Assembly: GCA_963786935.1 (NCBI GenBank)
Contig: CAWBAN010000001.1
Location: 800,001-864,000 of the forward strand
Direction of reading: 5' to 3'
Length of the DNA: 64,000 nt
DNA from: an uncultured bacterium
Lineage (GTDB): Bacteria > Krumholzibacteriota > Krumholzibacteriia > Krumholzibacteriales > Krumholzibacteriaceae
Both the position numbers and the translations under genes were made by a program. The notes beneath the pieces are model-generated. The model worked only from the letters and a program-made list of their open reading frames with translations, did not search any database and was not told the DNA's origin. Below, one piece after another: positions 41,124 through 49,903 of the stretch (its first letter is position 1; the number at the start of each line of letters is the position of its first letter).

Positions 41124-43427
41124 TTAGGCGGGAATTCTCGATTTCGCTTCGTTGACGAGCTCGGCGGCGGTGGCCGATGTGCCCGGAAACACGGCGTAGC
41201 CGTTGGTGGGATAATAGCCCGTGGATTCGTAGTACCCTTTCTCCTCGAGATTTTTCGCGATGAGCTCCTTGATGCGGTTTTCGAGGTAGCCCATCCGCTG
41301 ATAGCCCTCGACCGAGAGGACGATGAAGAGATCGGGTTCGGTCCATGAGAAGAAATCGGTTTTCCGAACCTGGGTCCGTACCCCGACGCTGAGCTCGTTC
41401 ACGAGCCGCAGGCCGGCTTGAAAGTCGGCGCCGAGGATGGATTGCAGGCCGTTGATCTTGAACACGGTGACGGTGAATCCGTGATGGTATCTCTCGGCCC
41501 GCTCGATCTCTTCGCCGATCCGCTCGATCATGAGCTTCTGGTTGTACCGCAGGAGATCGTCGAAGGAGAACGATTCGGGCTCTTTCGCCTTCGCCGCCGC
41601 CTTCGAAAACAGCGGCGCGACGATGCCGGAGACCTTCCGGAGGAGGTTCGTCTCGTGCTCCCCGAATATTGAGGAATCGAGAGGCGTGGCGGGGGTCTTG
41701 TCGTAACCGATGAAGACGACGCTCGTGTCATCCGACCGATAGAGGGGAAAGCCGATGGCCGACCGGTAGAGCGGCGGCTTGTCGAGGAGCTTGAGGTCGG
41801 CCGAGAGGTAGCTCATGCATATCGGTTCCCCCTTCTCCTTGACCGTTTCGAGCATCTCCGCGTCGTATTCGAGCCTGCTTCGCCGCTCCTTCTCGTCGTC
41901 GGGGAACTGGTGATAGGCCGATTCCGAACGGTCGGGGCCCTCGTAGTGCAGGCTTCCGATCGATGCCTTCACGAGCGACGACAGGAGCGCCGGCAATCTG
42001 CGTATATTCGATGAAAGATCCTCGAACGCGACGAATGTCGGGGTCATCACGGAGAGCTCCTCGAGGCTCTCGATCTTCCGCGACTGGCGGAGTTCCCTGA
42101 TCTGCGCGTACGTGAAGAACGCGACCTGGAAGCGAAGCGCGTCCTTGAGCCTGAAGAACGTCTGCTGCGCGCTCAGGCTCGAAAACTCGATCACCATGAC
42201 GCCGAGCGCTTCGGAGTGCACGAGCGGGAGGTAGATCGAGGTGATGACGCCGTCCCCCGATTTCAGCCGGAGCCCCGCCGCGTGGCTCGCCTCGGTCATG
42301 AGGATCTCCTCCTGGGCGATGAACGCGCGCGCGAGAGCGCCCTTGTCGCAGTGAATCCGGGGGGACTGCGCGCCGGCAGGCATCTGCTGATCGCTTCCCC
42401 CGAGGATGAGCCAGTCTCCCTCGTCGGTGGCCGTATAGATCGCGACGGTATCGGCCTTGAGCTCCCGCGCGAGGAATCTCGTGAGCAGGGTGAACTTCTC
42501 GTGAAATCCGATCTCCCGGTGGAAGAGGCTCTCGAGGTAGTTGCGGATCTGGAACTCGATCTCCCGCACCGCGTGCGCGTCGATCATGAGGTGCTGCTCG
42601 AGAATCGGCGAGATCTTCGACGCGAGGAGCGCGATGGTTTCGAGATCCTTGTTCCCGAGCTTTTTCTCGTCTCCGCTCGTCGAGATGTTCAGCACGCCGA
42701 GGAGCTTCGTTTCATGGACGAGCGCCACCGAGATGGAGCTCGCGATATCGTCGCGCTCCCGGCCGTTGCGGTAGAGCGGCGTGTTGACGATCTCGGTGAT
42801 GAGGATGGGCTTGAGGGTGCGGGCGACCGTTCCGGCGATCCCCTCGCCGAGCTTTTGTCTCGTGCGCTCGACGACCTCGGCGCTCAGCCCGTTCGCGTAG
42901 CCGATGTAGAGCTCGCTGCTCTCGGGGGAATACAGCATGATCGATCCGCTGGAGGCGCCGACCGCGCGGATCGAAATCTCGAGGAGCCACTTGAGGAGCC
43001 GTTCCCGGTCCGTGATGTGGCTCATGTATTCGAGCGCGTCCTCGAGATGCGCGGGCCACGGGCGCGCGCCGGCCTCGTCCTTCCCCTGCGGGGCCGGAGC
43101 GAAATGATCGACCGCTTCGGCGGGATTGACGATCCGCTTGCGCTCCTTGCGGAGCAGGGCGATCTCCCGGTCGTAGAGCTTGCGTTTGTCCGTTACGATG
43201 ACGTAGTCGGCCGTGAGGAACGTTTCGAGGAATGCGTCGTCGGAGAACGCGGGGATGCCGATGATTTCGGCGATCTCGAGCGCGACGGCCCGGGGATCCC
43301 GGTCGAACACGCCGACGATGCTCACGTCGGGGGTGCGATGGAATTCGCTCAAAACGTTGAGCTCTTCCTCGCCTCCTCCGAGGATGGCGATCTTGATGCT
43401 CGCTCCGGACACGATCCTCTCCCGCAT
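41124..43427 (-). CDS. Multi-GAF protein with N-terminal Rossmann-like and C-terminal degenerate GGDEF domain
   Basis: IAILGGG start; LGEGIAG.VA GAF; EEIERAERY...VRKTDFFSWTEPDLF. Confidence 0.8.
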   Translation of the reverse strand: MRERIVSGASIKIAILGGGEEELNVLSEFHRTPDVSIVGVFDRDPRAVALEIAEIIGIPAFSDDAFLETFLTADYVIVTDKRKLYDREIALLRKERKRIVNPAEAVDHFAPAPQGKDEAGARPWPAHLEDALEYMSHITDRERLLKWLLEISIRAVGASSGSIMLYSPESSELYIGYANGLSAEVVERTRQKLGEGIAGTVARTLKPILITEIVNTPLYRNGRERDDIASSISVALVHETKLLGVLNISTSGDEKKLGNKDLETIALLASKISPILEQHLMIDAHAVREIEFQIRNYLESLFHREIGFHEKFTLLTRFLARELKADTVAIYTATDEGDWLILGGSDQQMPAGAQSPRIHCDKGALARAFIAQEEILMTEASHAAGLRLKSGDGVITSIYLPLVHSEALGVMVIEFSSLSAQQTFFRLKDALRFQVAFFTYAQIRELRQSRKIESLEELSVMTPTFVAFEDLSSNIRRLPALLSSLVKASIGSLHYEGPDRSESAYHQFPDDEKERRSRLEYDAEMLETVKEKGEPICMSYLSADLKLLDKPPLYRSAIGFPLYRSDDTSVVFIGYDKTPATPLDSSIFGEHETNLLRKVSGIVAPLFSKAAAKAKEPESFSFDDLLRYNQKLMIERIGEEIERAERYHHGFTVTVFKINGLQSILGADFQAGLRLVNELSVGVRTQVRKTDFFSWTEPDLFIVLSVEGYQRMGYLENRIKELIAKNLEEKGYYESTGYYPTNGYAVFPGTSATAAELVNEAKSRIPA

Positions 43428-43463
43428 CGATGTGCCGCAAATAGTATGACCCAGGAGGTTTTT

Positions 43464-43479
43464 AGCATAAGTCGAGCCA
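43464..43479 (-). promoter_or_regulatory. sigma-54 promoter for the GAF/degenerate-GGDEF gene
   Basis: Minus strand TGGCTCGACTTATGCT, GG-N10-GC. Confidence 0.65.
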
Positions 43480-43493
43480 GAAGAAAGGCGGGG

Positions 43494-46070
43494 CTACGCT
43501 CGGGCCTTCCCTTTGAGCTCGACGAGGAGCTTGAGGGCTTCTAGCGGTGTAATACTATTAGTATCAATCGCTTGTAGTCTTAAATGAACGTCGTCCAAGC
43601 CGGGAAATAGGGAGGTCTGGTTCGCCTGATCCGGCTTCGGCGGGCCGGCGCTCATCTTTTCGCGCTCGAGCCCTGCCAAGATTTCGGCCGCGCGCCGGAT
43701 GACCGATTCCGGCAGTCCGGCGAGGCGCGCAACCTGAATGCCGTAGCTCCGGTCGCTCGCCCCTTCACGGATCTTGTAGAGAAAGACGATCCGATCCCCC
43801 CATTCCTTGATCTCGACCCGCATCGCCCGGGCGTGCGGGAATCGGCCGGCGAGGCTCGTGAGCTCGTGATAGTGCGTCGCGAAGAGCGTCTTCGGTTTCG
43901 GCCCTTCCCCCTCGAGGAGGAACTCGGAAACGGCCCAGGCGAGGCTCAGGCCGTCGAGGGTGCTCGTGCCGCGCCCGATCTCGTCGAGAATGACGAGGCT
44001 CCGGCTCGTGCAGTTGTTGAGAATCTTGGCGGTCTCGCCCATCTCGACGAGAAACGTGCTCTGGCCGCGCGCGAGGTTGTCGCTCGATCCGACCCGCGTG
44101 AATATCCGGTCGAGCAGGCCCACCGACGCCCGGGCCGCCGGCACGTAGCTTCCCGCGTGCGCGAGGAGCGAGATGATCGCGGCCTGGCGGATGTAGGTCG
44201 ATTTTCCTCCCATGTTCGGGCCCGTGAGGATGACGAAGCTCTTCCCGCTCGAGCGGAGCTCGATATCGTTCGGAATGAAATCCTTTCCGGAGATGCGTTC
44301 GACGACGGGGTGCCGCCCATCCGTGACGACGAGATCCCCGGTCTCGTTGATCTCGGGCCGGCAGTAGTCGCGCTCGAGCGCGATCGCGGCGAGGGACGAC
44401 AGGACGTCGAGCGACGCGACGGCCGCGGCGATCCGCTGGAGGAGCTCGCTCTCGCGCGATACCGTCTCGCAGAGCGCGTCGAATATCTCCCGCTCGAGCG
44501 CGATCCGGCGCGCGTCGGCGCCGATGATCGCCTGCTCCTTCGCCTTGAGCTCCTCCGTCACGTAGCGCTGCGACGAAACGAGGGTCTGCCTGACGATGTA
44601 ATCTCCGGGCACCTTCGCGTCGTGGACGCGGGATATCTCGATATAGTAGCCGAACACCCGGTTGTATCCGACCCGGAGGGAGGAAATGCCGCTGCGCTCC
44701 CGTTCCGATTCCTGGAGCCGCGCGATCCACGCCTTGCCTTCCGCCGATTCGCGCGCCACGTCGTCGAGATCGCTCCGGAAGCCGCTCCTGATGTACCCCC
44801 CGTCGCGCAGATGCGGCGGGCTCGCGGGATCGATGCCCCGCCGTATCTCGTCGAGGCAGGCGACCGGGGTCGAAACGTCGCGCGCCGCGGCGCCGATCGC
44901 CTCGGCCCCGAAACGTCCCGCGGCCTCGGCGATCCCGGGCCCGCGCTCGAGGGCTTCGGCGAGGGCGAGAAGTTCCCGGGGTCCCGCCTTCCGCGCGGTG
45001 ATCCGGGCCAGGAGCCGCTCGATATCGGCGAACCGTTTCAGCGCCCCGCGGAGCGCGCGCAGCGCGGTATGATCGGAGAGGAGCGATTCGATCGCGTCGA
45101 GGCGCCGCTCGATCACCACGGCCCGCCGGGACGGATGCATGATCCATTTCCGCAGCTCGCGCGCCCCCGGCGCCGTCTGCGTATCGTCGAGATGATGGAT
45201 GAGCGTCGTATCGGCCGCGTTCCCCCGCAGCGGCTCGAAGACCTCGAGGTTCTCGAGCGTCTCGGCGTCGAGGAACAGGCTGTCCGCCGGGATGAGGAGC
45301 CTGACGGCGGCGATATGAGCGAGATCGCTTCGCCGCAGCTCCTTCACGAACGAGAGGAGCGAGCCGGCCGCGGCGACGGCGAGCGGCCGGTCGTCGAGCC
45401 CGAAGCAGGCGAGATCGCTCACGCGGAAATGCGCGAGCAGCGCGGCGCGCGCGAACTGCTCCTCGAACTCGTACGGGGGGCGCTCGTCGATCGTCGCGCG
45501 GCGATCGAGCGTTTCGACGCGGGCGCGTACCGCGTCGGCGCCGAGCGGAACGATGGCTTCGCGGAAACGCGTGCCGGCGAGCGCCTGCTCGATCACGGCC
45601 GTGCGGTCCTCCCCCGCGCTGAATTCCCCCGTCGAGACGTCGAGGATCGCGAAGCCGGTCCTGTCGCCGCGCTCCGCCATGGAAACGATATAGTTGTTCT
45701 CCCGGTCGACGAGGGTCGCGGGCGAAAGGGTGGTTCCGGGGGTGACGACGTCCGTCACGACGCGTTTGACGACGCCCGAGGCCCCGGGAACCTCTTCGAC
45801 CTGGTCGCAGATCACGACGGTTCGTCCCAGCTGGAGCAGCTTCGCGACGTAGGTCTCCACGGCGTGGATCGGGACGCCCGCGAGCGGCACCGGATTGCTC
45901 TTGTCCTTGTCGCGCGTCGTGAGGGCTATATTGAGCAGGCGGCTGACCTCTTTCGCGTCGTCGTAGAACGTCTCGTAGAAGTCGCCGACCTGGAAGAACA
46001 GAATTCCGCTCGCGTACCGGCTCTTGATTTCCCGGTACTGATTCATGAGTGGCGTCAGCCGGTAGCTCAT
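43494..46070 (-). CDS. mutS: DNA mismatch repair protein MutS
   Basis: TPLM.QY, GDFYE, TGPNMGGKST, STFLVEM, DEIGRGT, THYHE. Confidence 0.98.
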   Translation of the reverse strand: MSYRLTPLMNQYREIKSRYASGILFFQVGDFYETFYDDAKEVSRLLNIALTTRDKDKSNPVPLAGVPIHAVETYVAKLLQLGRTVVICDQVEEVPGASGVVKRVVTDVVTPGTTLSPATLVDRENNYIVSMAERGDRTGFAILDVSTGEFSAGEDRTAVIEQALAGTRFREAIVPLGADAVRARVETLDRRATIDERPPYEFEEQFARAALLAHFRVSDLACFGLDDRPLAVAAAGSLLSFVKELRRSDLAHIAAVRLLIPADSLFLDAETLENLEVFEPLRGNAADTTLIHHLDDTQTAPGARELRKWIMHPSRRAVVIERRLDAIESLLSDHTALRALRGALKRFADIERLLARITARKAGPRELLALAEALERGPGIAEAAGRFGAEAIGAAARDVSTPVACLDEIRRGIDPASPPHLRDGGYIRSGFRSDLDDVARESAEGKAWIARLQESERERSGISSLRVGYNRVFGYYIEISRVHDAKVPGDYIVRQTLVSSQRYVTEELKAKEQAIIGADARRIALEREIFDALCETVSRESELLQRIAAAVASLDVLSSLAAIALERDYCRPEINETGDLVVTDGRHPVVERISGKDFIPNDIELRSSGKSFVILTGPNMGGKSTYIRQAAIISLLAHAGSYVPAARASVGLLDRIFTRVGSSDNLARGQSTFLVEMGETAKILNNCTSRSLVILDEIGRGTSTLDGLSLAWAVSEFLLEGEGPKPKTLFATHYHELTSLAGRFPHARAMRVEIKEWGDRIVFLYKIREGASDRSYGIQVARLAGLPESVIRRAAEILAGLEREKMSAGPPKPDQANQTSLFPGLDDVHLRLQAIDTNSITPLEALKLLVELKGKARA
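43562..43574. promoter_or_regulatory. IHF consensus site embedded in the mutS 3' end
   Basis: TATCAATCGCTTG matches WATCAANNNNTTR exactly, in an AT-rich patch. Confidence 0.6.
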
Positions 46071-46071
46071 C

Positions 46072-47121
46072 CTACTGCAGGGGAACGATCGAGCCGGTCA
46101 GATCGAGAAGCTCCTTCGCGCGCTCAACATCGCGAGCCGCCGCCTCCCTGCTCTCGTACCTCCCGACGCGAACCCGATGCATGATCCGGCCCTCGGTTTC
46201 GAACCGCTCGACGCGGACGCCGCGGAACGCGCCTTCGAGCTTGGCGGCGACGGCGAGCGCGTTCGCCTTCGCACCGAACGCGCCGAACTGAATGGTGAAT
46301 TCGCCGCGCTCGCTTCCGGTCGCCGCGGCATCCCGGGAGGACGGTTTCCCCGTTTCACCTCCCCCCGCCTGCTTGTCTTCCTTCGGTTTGGTGCGCGGCG
46401 CGGCGAGGACCTGCACCTTCTCGTTCGATCGGCCCGCCTCGAACGAGCGGGGAAACTCCTCGATCAGGGCGCGGTAGCGTTCGAGCGCCTTATCGCGCTC
46501 TCCGGCGCGTTCGAGACATTCGGCGAGCCCGAACATCGCGACCGGATCCCGGCGCGACCGCACGAGGCTCTCGTACTTCGCGATGGCCTCCGTGAGCCGT
46601 CCCTGGCGCGCATCGATCTCGGCGCGCGCGATCGTGCTCCACGAGGCGTACGCTCCCCGCGTGATCGACGCGAATTCCGCGGCGGCGCGCGCGGTGTCGC
46701 CGAGCTGCCGGCGGCAGAGCGCGGCGAAATAGGTCCCCGTTCCCGCGTCGCGATTGGAGATCTCGACGCGGCGTTCGGCGAGCAGATCGAGCGCTCCGGC
46801 GTAATCCCCCGCGCCGTACCGCATCGTCGCGAGATCGAGGCGCGCGCGATCGGCCGCGCCCCCGTTCTCCGAGGCGATCACGCGGCGATAGAGCGTTTCG
46901 GCCTTCGCGTAATCGGTTTCGAGCCGCGCGAGCATGAGGAGGGCGTCGGCGCGTTCGTCGCGATCGGCCGACGACGTGTCGCCGGCGACGGCGGCCCGGG
47001 CGCGGTCGTAGTCGCATCGCTTGAAGAGATCGTCGGCGCGCTTGAGGCCCGAGACGGCTCCGATCGCCGCAGCGGCGATGGCGGCGAGACAGACGGCCAA
47101 CGCGAGTTTTCGTTTCATCAT
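46072..47121 (-). CDS. Exported TPR plus SPOR domain protein
   Basis: Signal peptide, TPR helices, FTIQFGAF...HRVRVG SPOR domain. Confidence 0.87.
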   Translation of the reverse strand: MMKRKLALAVCLAAIAAAAIGAVSGLKRADDLFKRCDYDRARAAVAGDTSSADRDERADALLMLARLETDYAKAETLYRRVIASENGGAADRARLDLATMRYGAGDYAGALDLLAERRVEISNRDAGTGTYFAALCRRQLGDTARAAAEFASITRGAYASWSTIARAEIDARQGRLTEAIAKYESLVRSRRDPVAMFGLAECLERAGERDKALERYRALIEEFPRSFEAGRSNEKVQVLAAPRTKPKEDKQAGGGETGKPSSRDAAATGSERGEFTIQFGAFGAKANALAVAAKLEGAFRGVRVERFETEGRIMHRVRVGRYESREAAARDVERAKELLDLTGSIVPLQ

Positions 47122-47166
47122 GTTCGTCTGTGCGGGAATCGCGCCGGGCGGCTTTACGCCGGCTCG

Positions 47167-48477
47167 CTACTGATCGATCGCCGCGACTTCCCCCTCGAAG
47201 GTGAAATTGACGAGCCGCTTCAGGACGATGGGAACGATATCGCCGTCGCGCAATCCCGCCGGCGTCACGAGCACGTTCCTGAATTCCGGGGTGCGGCCTT
47301 TCAGGTAGCGATATTCCCCCTTCTGCGCCGCACCGTCAAGAAGGATTTCCGTTCTGCTGCCGAGCTGCGCCCGCAGGATCGCACCGCGCTCCTCCTGCAC
47401 GAGGGCGTTCAGCGCGAGGAGGCGTTTTTTCTTCTCCCCCGCGCTCACGTCGTCGGGCCTCTCGAACGCCGCCGTCCCCGCGCGCGGCGAGTACTGGAAG
47501 GTGAACGCGGCTTCGAACCGGGCCTCGCGGACGAGATCGAGGGTCTGCTCGAATTCGTCGTCCGTCTCCGTGGGGAATCCGACGATGATGTCGGTCGTGA
47601 CGGCGAGCCCGGGCACGATGCGTCGCGCCTCCCGCAGCTTCTCCAAATAGATCTCCCTCGTATAGCCGCGATTCATGGCCGCGAGAATGCGATTGCTCCC
47701 CGCCTGCACCGGCAAATGGATATGGCTGCAGAACCGGCCGTCGCGGGCCATCAGCTCGAAGACCGGCGGACCGACGTCGCGCGGATGGCTCGTGAGAAAC
47801 CGCAGCCTTCTCACGTCCGTTTCATCGAGGATGCGCCCGGCGAGCTCGACGAACCCGGTCCCGCCGTCCCGGTACGCGATCACGTTCTGGCCCAGCAGCG
47901 TCACCTCCCGCGCCCCACCCTCGACGGCAGCGGAGACCTCCCGGATGATCGCATCGGACGCCTTGCTCCGGACCGTTCCCCTGAGATACGGCACGATGCA
48001 GTAGGAGCAGAAATTCTCGCAGCCCTTCGTGATCGAGACGTACCGCGATACGCCCCCGCCGGATTTCCGCGCGCGCACCTCGGGCGCGGGGCCGTCGTCC
48101 GTTTCGACGAACACGAAGCGCCCCTCTCCGCGCACCGCCGATACGATGGCGTCGGGAAGCAGCGCGTAGCTGTCGGGCCCGGCGACGATTCGAACGGCGG
48201 GCACGAGATCGAAGAGCGCTTCGCCGAGGCGCTGGGCCATGCAGCCGCAGACGGCGATCACGGCGCCGCGGTGCCGCGAGAGATCGAGGAGCCGTCCGAT
48301 CGCCCGCTGCTCGGCGTGATCGCGCACGCTGCACGTATTGACGATGATGCATTCCGCATCCCGCGGATCGCGCACGATCGAGGCCCCCCGCCCTTCGAGG
48401 AGAGACGCGATCACGTCGGTGTCGTACGAGTTCATCTGGCAGCCGAAGCTCTCGCAGTACACGCGCAGCCCCGTCAT
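47167..48477 (-). CDS. miaB: tRNA methylthiotransferase MiaB
   Basis: FGCQMN, NTCSVR, GCMAQ, CENFCSYC, TSHP. Confidence 0.93.
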   Translation of the reverse strand: MTGLRVYCESFGCQMNSYDTDVIASLLEGRGASIVRDPRDAECIIVNTCSVRDHAEQRAIGRLLDLSRHRGAVIAVCGCMAQRLGEALFDLVPAVRIVAGPDSYALLPDAIVSAVRGEGRFVFVETDDGPAPEVRARKSGGGVSRYVSITKGCENFCSYCIVPYLRGTVRSKASDAIIREVSAAVEGGAREVTLLGQNVIAYRDGGTGFVELAGRILDETDVRRLRFLTSHPRDVGPPVFELMARDGRFCSHIHLPVQAGSNRILAAMNRGYTREIYLEKLREARRIVPGLAVTTDIIVGFPTETDDEFEQTLDLVREARFEAAFTFQYSPRAGTAAFERPDDVSAGEKKKRLLALNALVQEERGAILRAQLGSRTEILLDGAAQKGEYRYLKGRTPEFRNVLVTPAGLRDGDIVPIVLKRLVNFTFEGEVAAIDQ

Positions 48478-49799
48478 CGCTCCCACGCTCCCCGATCCGG
48501 TTCCGGCGCGCCGGATCCCGCGACCGGCGTTCCGGAGAGAGTCCCGCGGTCGAGCCGGTCGACGCGCACGCTGACGAGCGCGCCCGCCGGGCCCGCCGTC
48601 CGCGGCAGCAGCACCTCGCAGTAGGTCCCCGTGAGCGAGCGGACGCGCGTCGCGCGGGGGTCGCGCGCGATTTGCACGAGCGCGAGCTGCTGCGATCCGA
48701 CATGCGACTCGAGGAACGAGCGCTTCTTGGCTTTGCCGAGCTCGATGAGGCGCCTGCTTCGTTCCCGCTTCGCCGCGGGGCTCACCGCGCCGTCCATCGA
48801 CGCCGCGGGGGTCATCGGCCGCGGCGAAAAGCCGAACACGTGGAGAAATGATATCGGCAGCTCGCGCATGAGCTCGAAGGTATGCTCGAAGCGGTGTTCG
48901 GTCTCCCCGGGAAACCCGACGATGATATCGGTGCCGATGCCCATGCCGCGACGCGCCGCGGCTATCTCCTCTATCTTCTCCTTGAACGCCGCGGCCCGGT
49001 ACGACCGGTTCATCGCCGCGAGAACGAAATCGTCCCCGCTCTGCAGCGGAACGTGGAAATGGGGCGCCAGACGTTCCGTGCTGCCCGCGATTCGGAGAAG
49101 CGCTGGCGTCACTTCGTTCGCCTCGACGCTGCTGAGCCGGACCCGGACCCCGTCGACCCGGTCGAGGATCGTCTCCACCAGATGCGCGAGCGTGTCCGGG
49201 GGATCGAAGTCCGCGCCGTAGCGCCCGATGTGCACGCCGGTGAGAACGATTTCGTGGTAGCCGTTTTGGCGAAGGGTGGAGATCTGTTCGAGGACGGCGG
49301 CGGGGCTCACGCTGCGGCTCGAGCCCCTCGCCCGGGGAACGATGCAGTAGCTGCAGGAGGCGTCGCACCCCTCCTGCACCTTGACGAAGGCGCGCGCGTG
49401 GCCGAGAAAGCGCTCGATGCCGGTCCGGTCGCTCGCGTCGCTCCGCGCGGCGCTCCCGCGGATCGCGTCGACGATCGCGGGCAGCGCGTGCTTCTCGCCG
49501 TTTCCGAGCACGAGATCGATCTCATCCATGCTCCCGAGCCGCTCGCGCTGAAGCTCCGCGCCGCAGCCGGTGACGACGACGAACGCTCTCGGATCGATCC
49601 GTTTCGCGCGCCGCGCCGCGCTCCGGCACCGCGCGTCGCTCCGCGCCGTCACCGTGCATGAATTGATGATGCACACGGCCGCTCCCTCTTCGAATCGACG
49701 GTATCGCCAGTCCCGGCGCACGAGGGCCTCGCGGATCCACTCCGTTTCGAATTGGTTGAGCTTACAGCCGATCGTGAGGGTCGAGAAGGTCTTTTCCAT
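48474..49799 (-). CDS. mtaB: tRNA t6A methylthiotransferase MtaB
   Basis: GCKLNQFE, NSCTVT, VQEGCDASCSYC. Confidence 0.92.
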   Translation of the reverse strand: MEKTFSTLTIGCKLNQFETEWIREALVRRDWRYRRFEEGAAVCIINSCTVTARSDARCRSAARRAKRIDPRAFVVVTGCGAELQRERLGSMDEIDLVLGNGEKHALPAIVDAIRGSAARSDASDRTGIERFLGHARAFVKVQEGCDASCSYCIVPRARGSSRSVSPAAVLEQISTLRQNGYHEIVLTGVHIGRYGADFDPPDTLAHLVETILDRVDGVRVRLSSVEANEVTPALLRIAGSTERLAPHFHVPLQSGDDFVLAAMNRSYRAAAFKEKIEEIAAARRGMGIGTDIIVGFPGETEHRFEHTFELMRELPISFLHVFGFSPRPMTPAASMDGAVSPAAKRERSRRLIELGKAKKRSFLESHVGSQQLALVQIARDPRATRVRSLTGTYCEVLLPRTAGPAGALVSVRVDRLDRGTLSGTPVAGSGAPEPDRGAWER

Positions 49800-49842
49800 G
49801 CGCACGGATCACGCTCCCGCCGGGCGGGCCGTTTCAAGGCCG

Positions 49843-49882
49843 AAAACGCCGAGAGGGTGGAATCCCACCCTCTCCGGCGTTT
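49843..49882. terminator. Terminator after rpsA
   Basis: AAAACGCCG.GAGGGTGG/CCACCCTC.CCGGCGTTTT inverted repeat. Confidence 0.85.
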
Positions 49883-49903
49883 TGAGACTGTCCCCTGCTC
49901 ACC

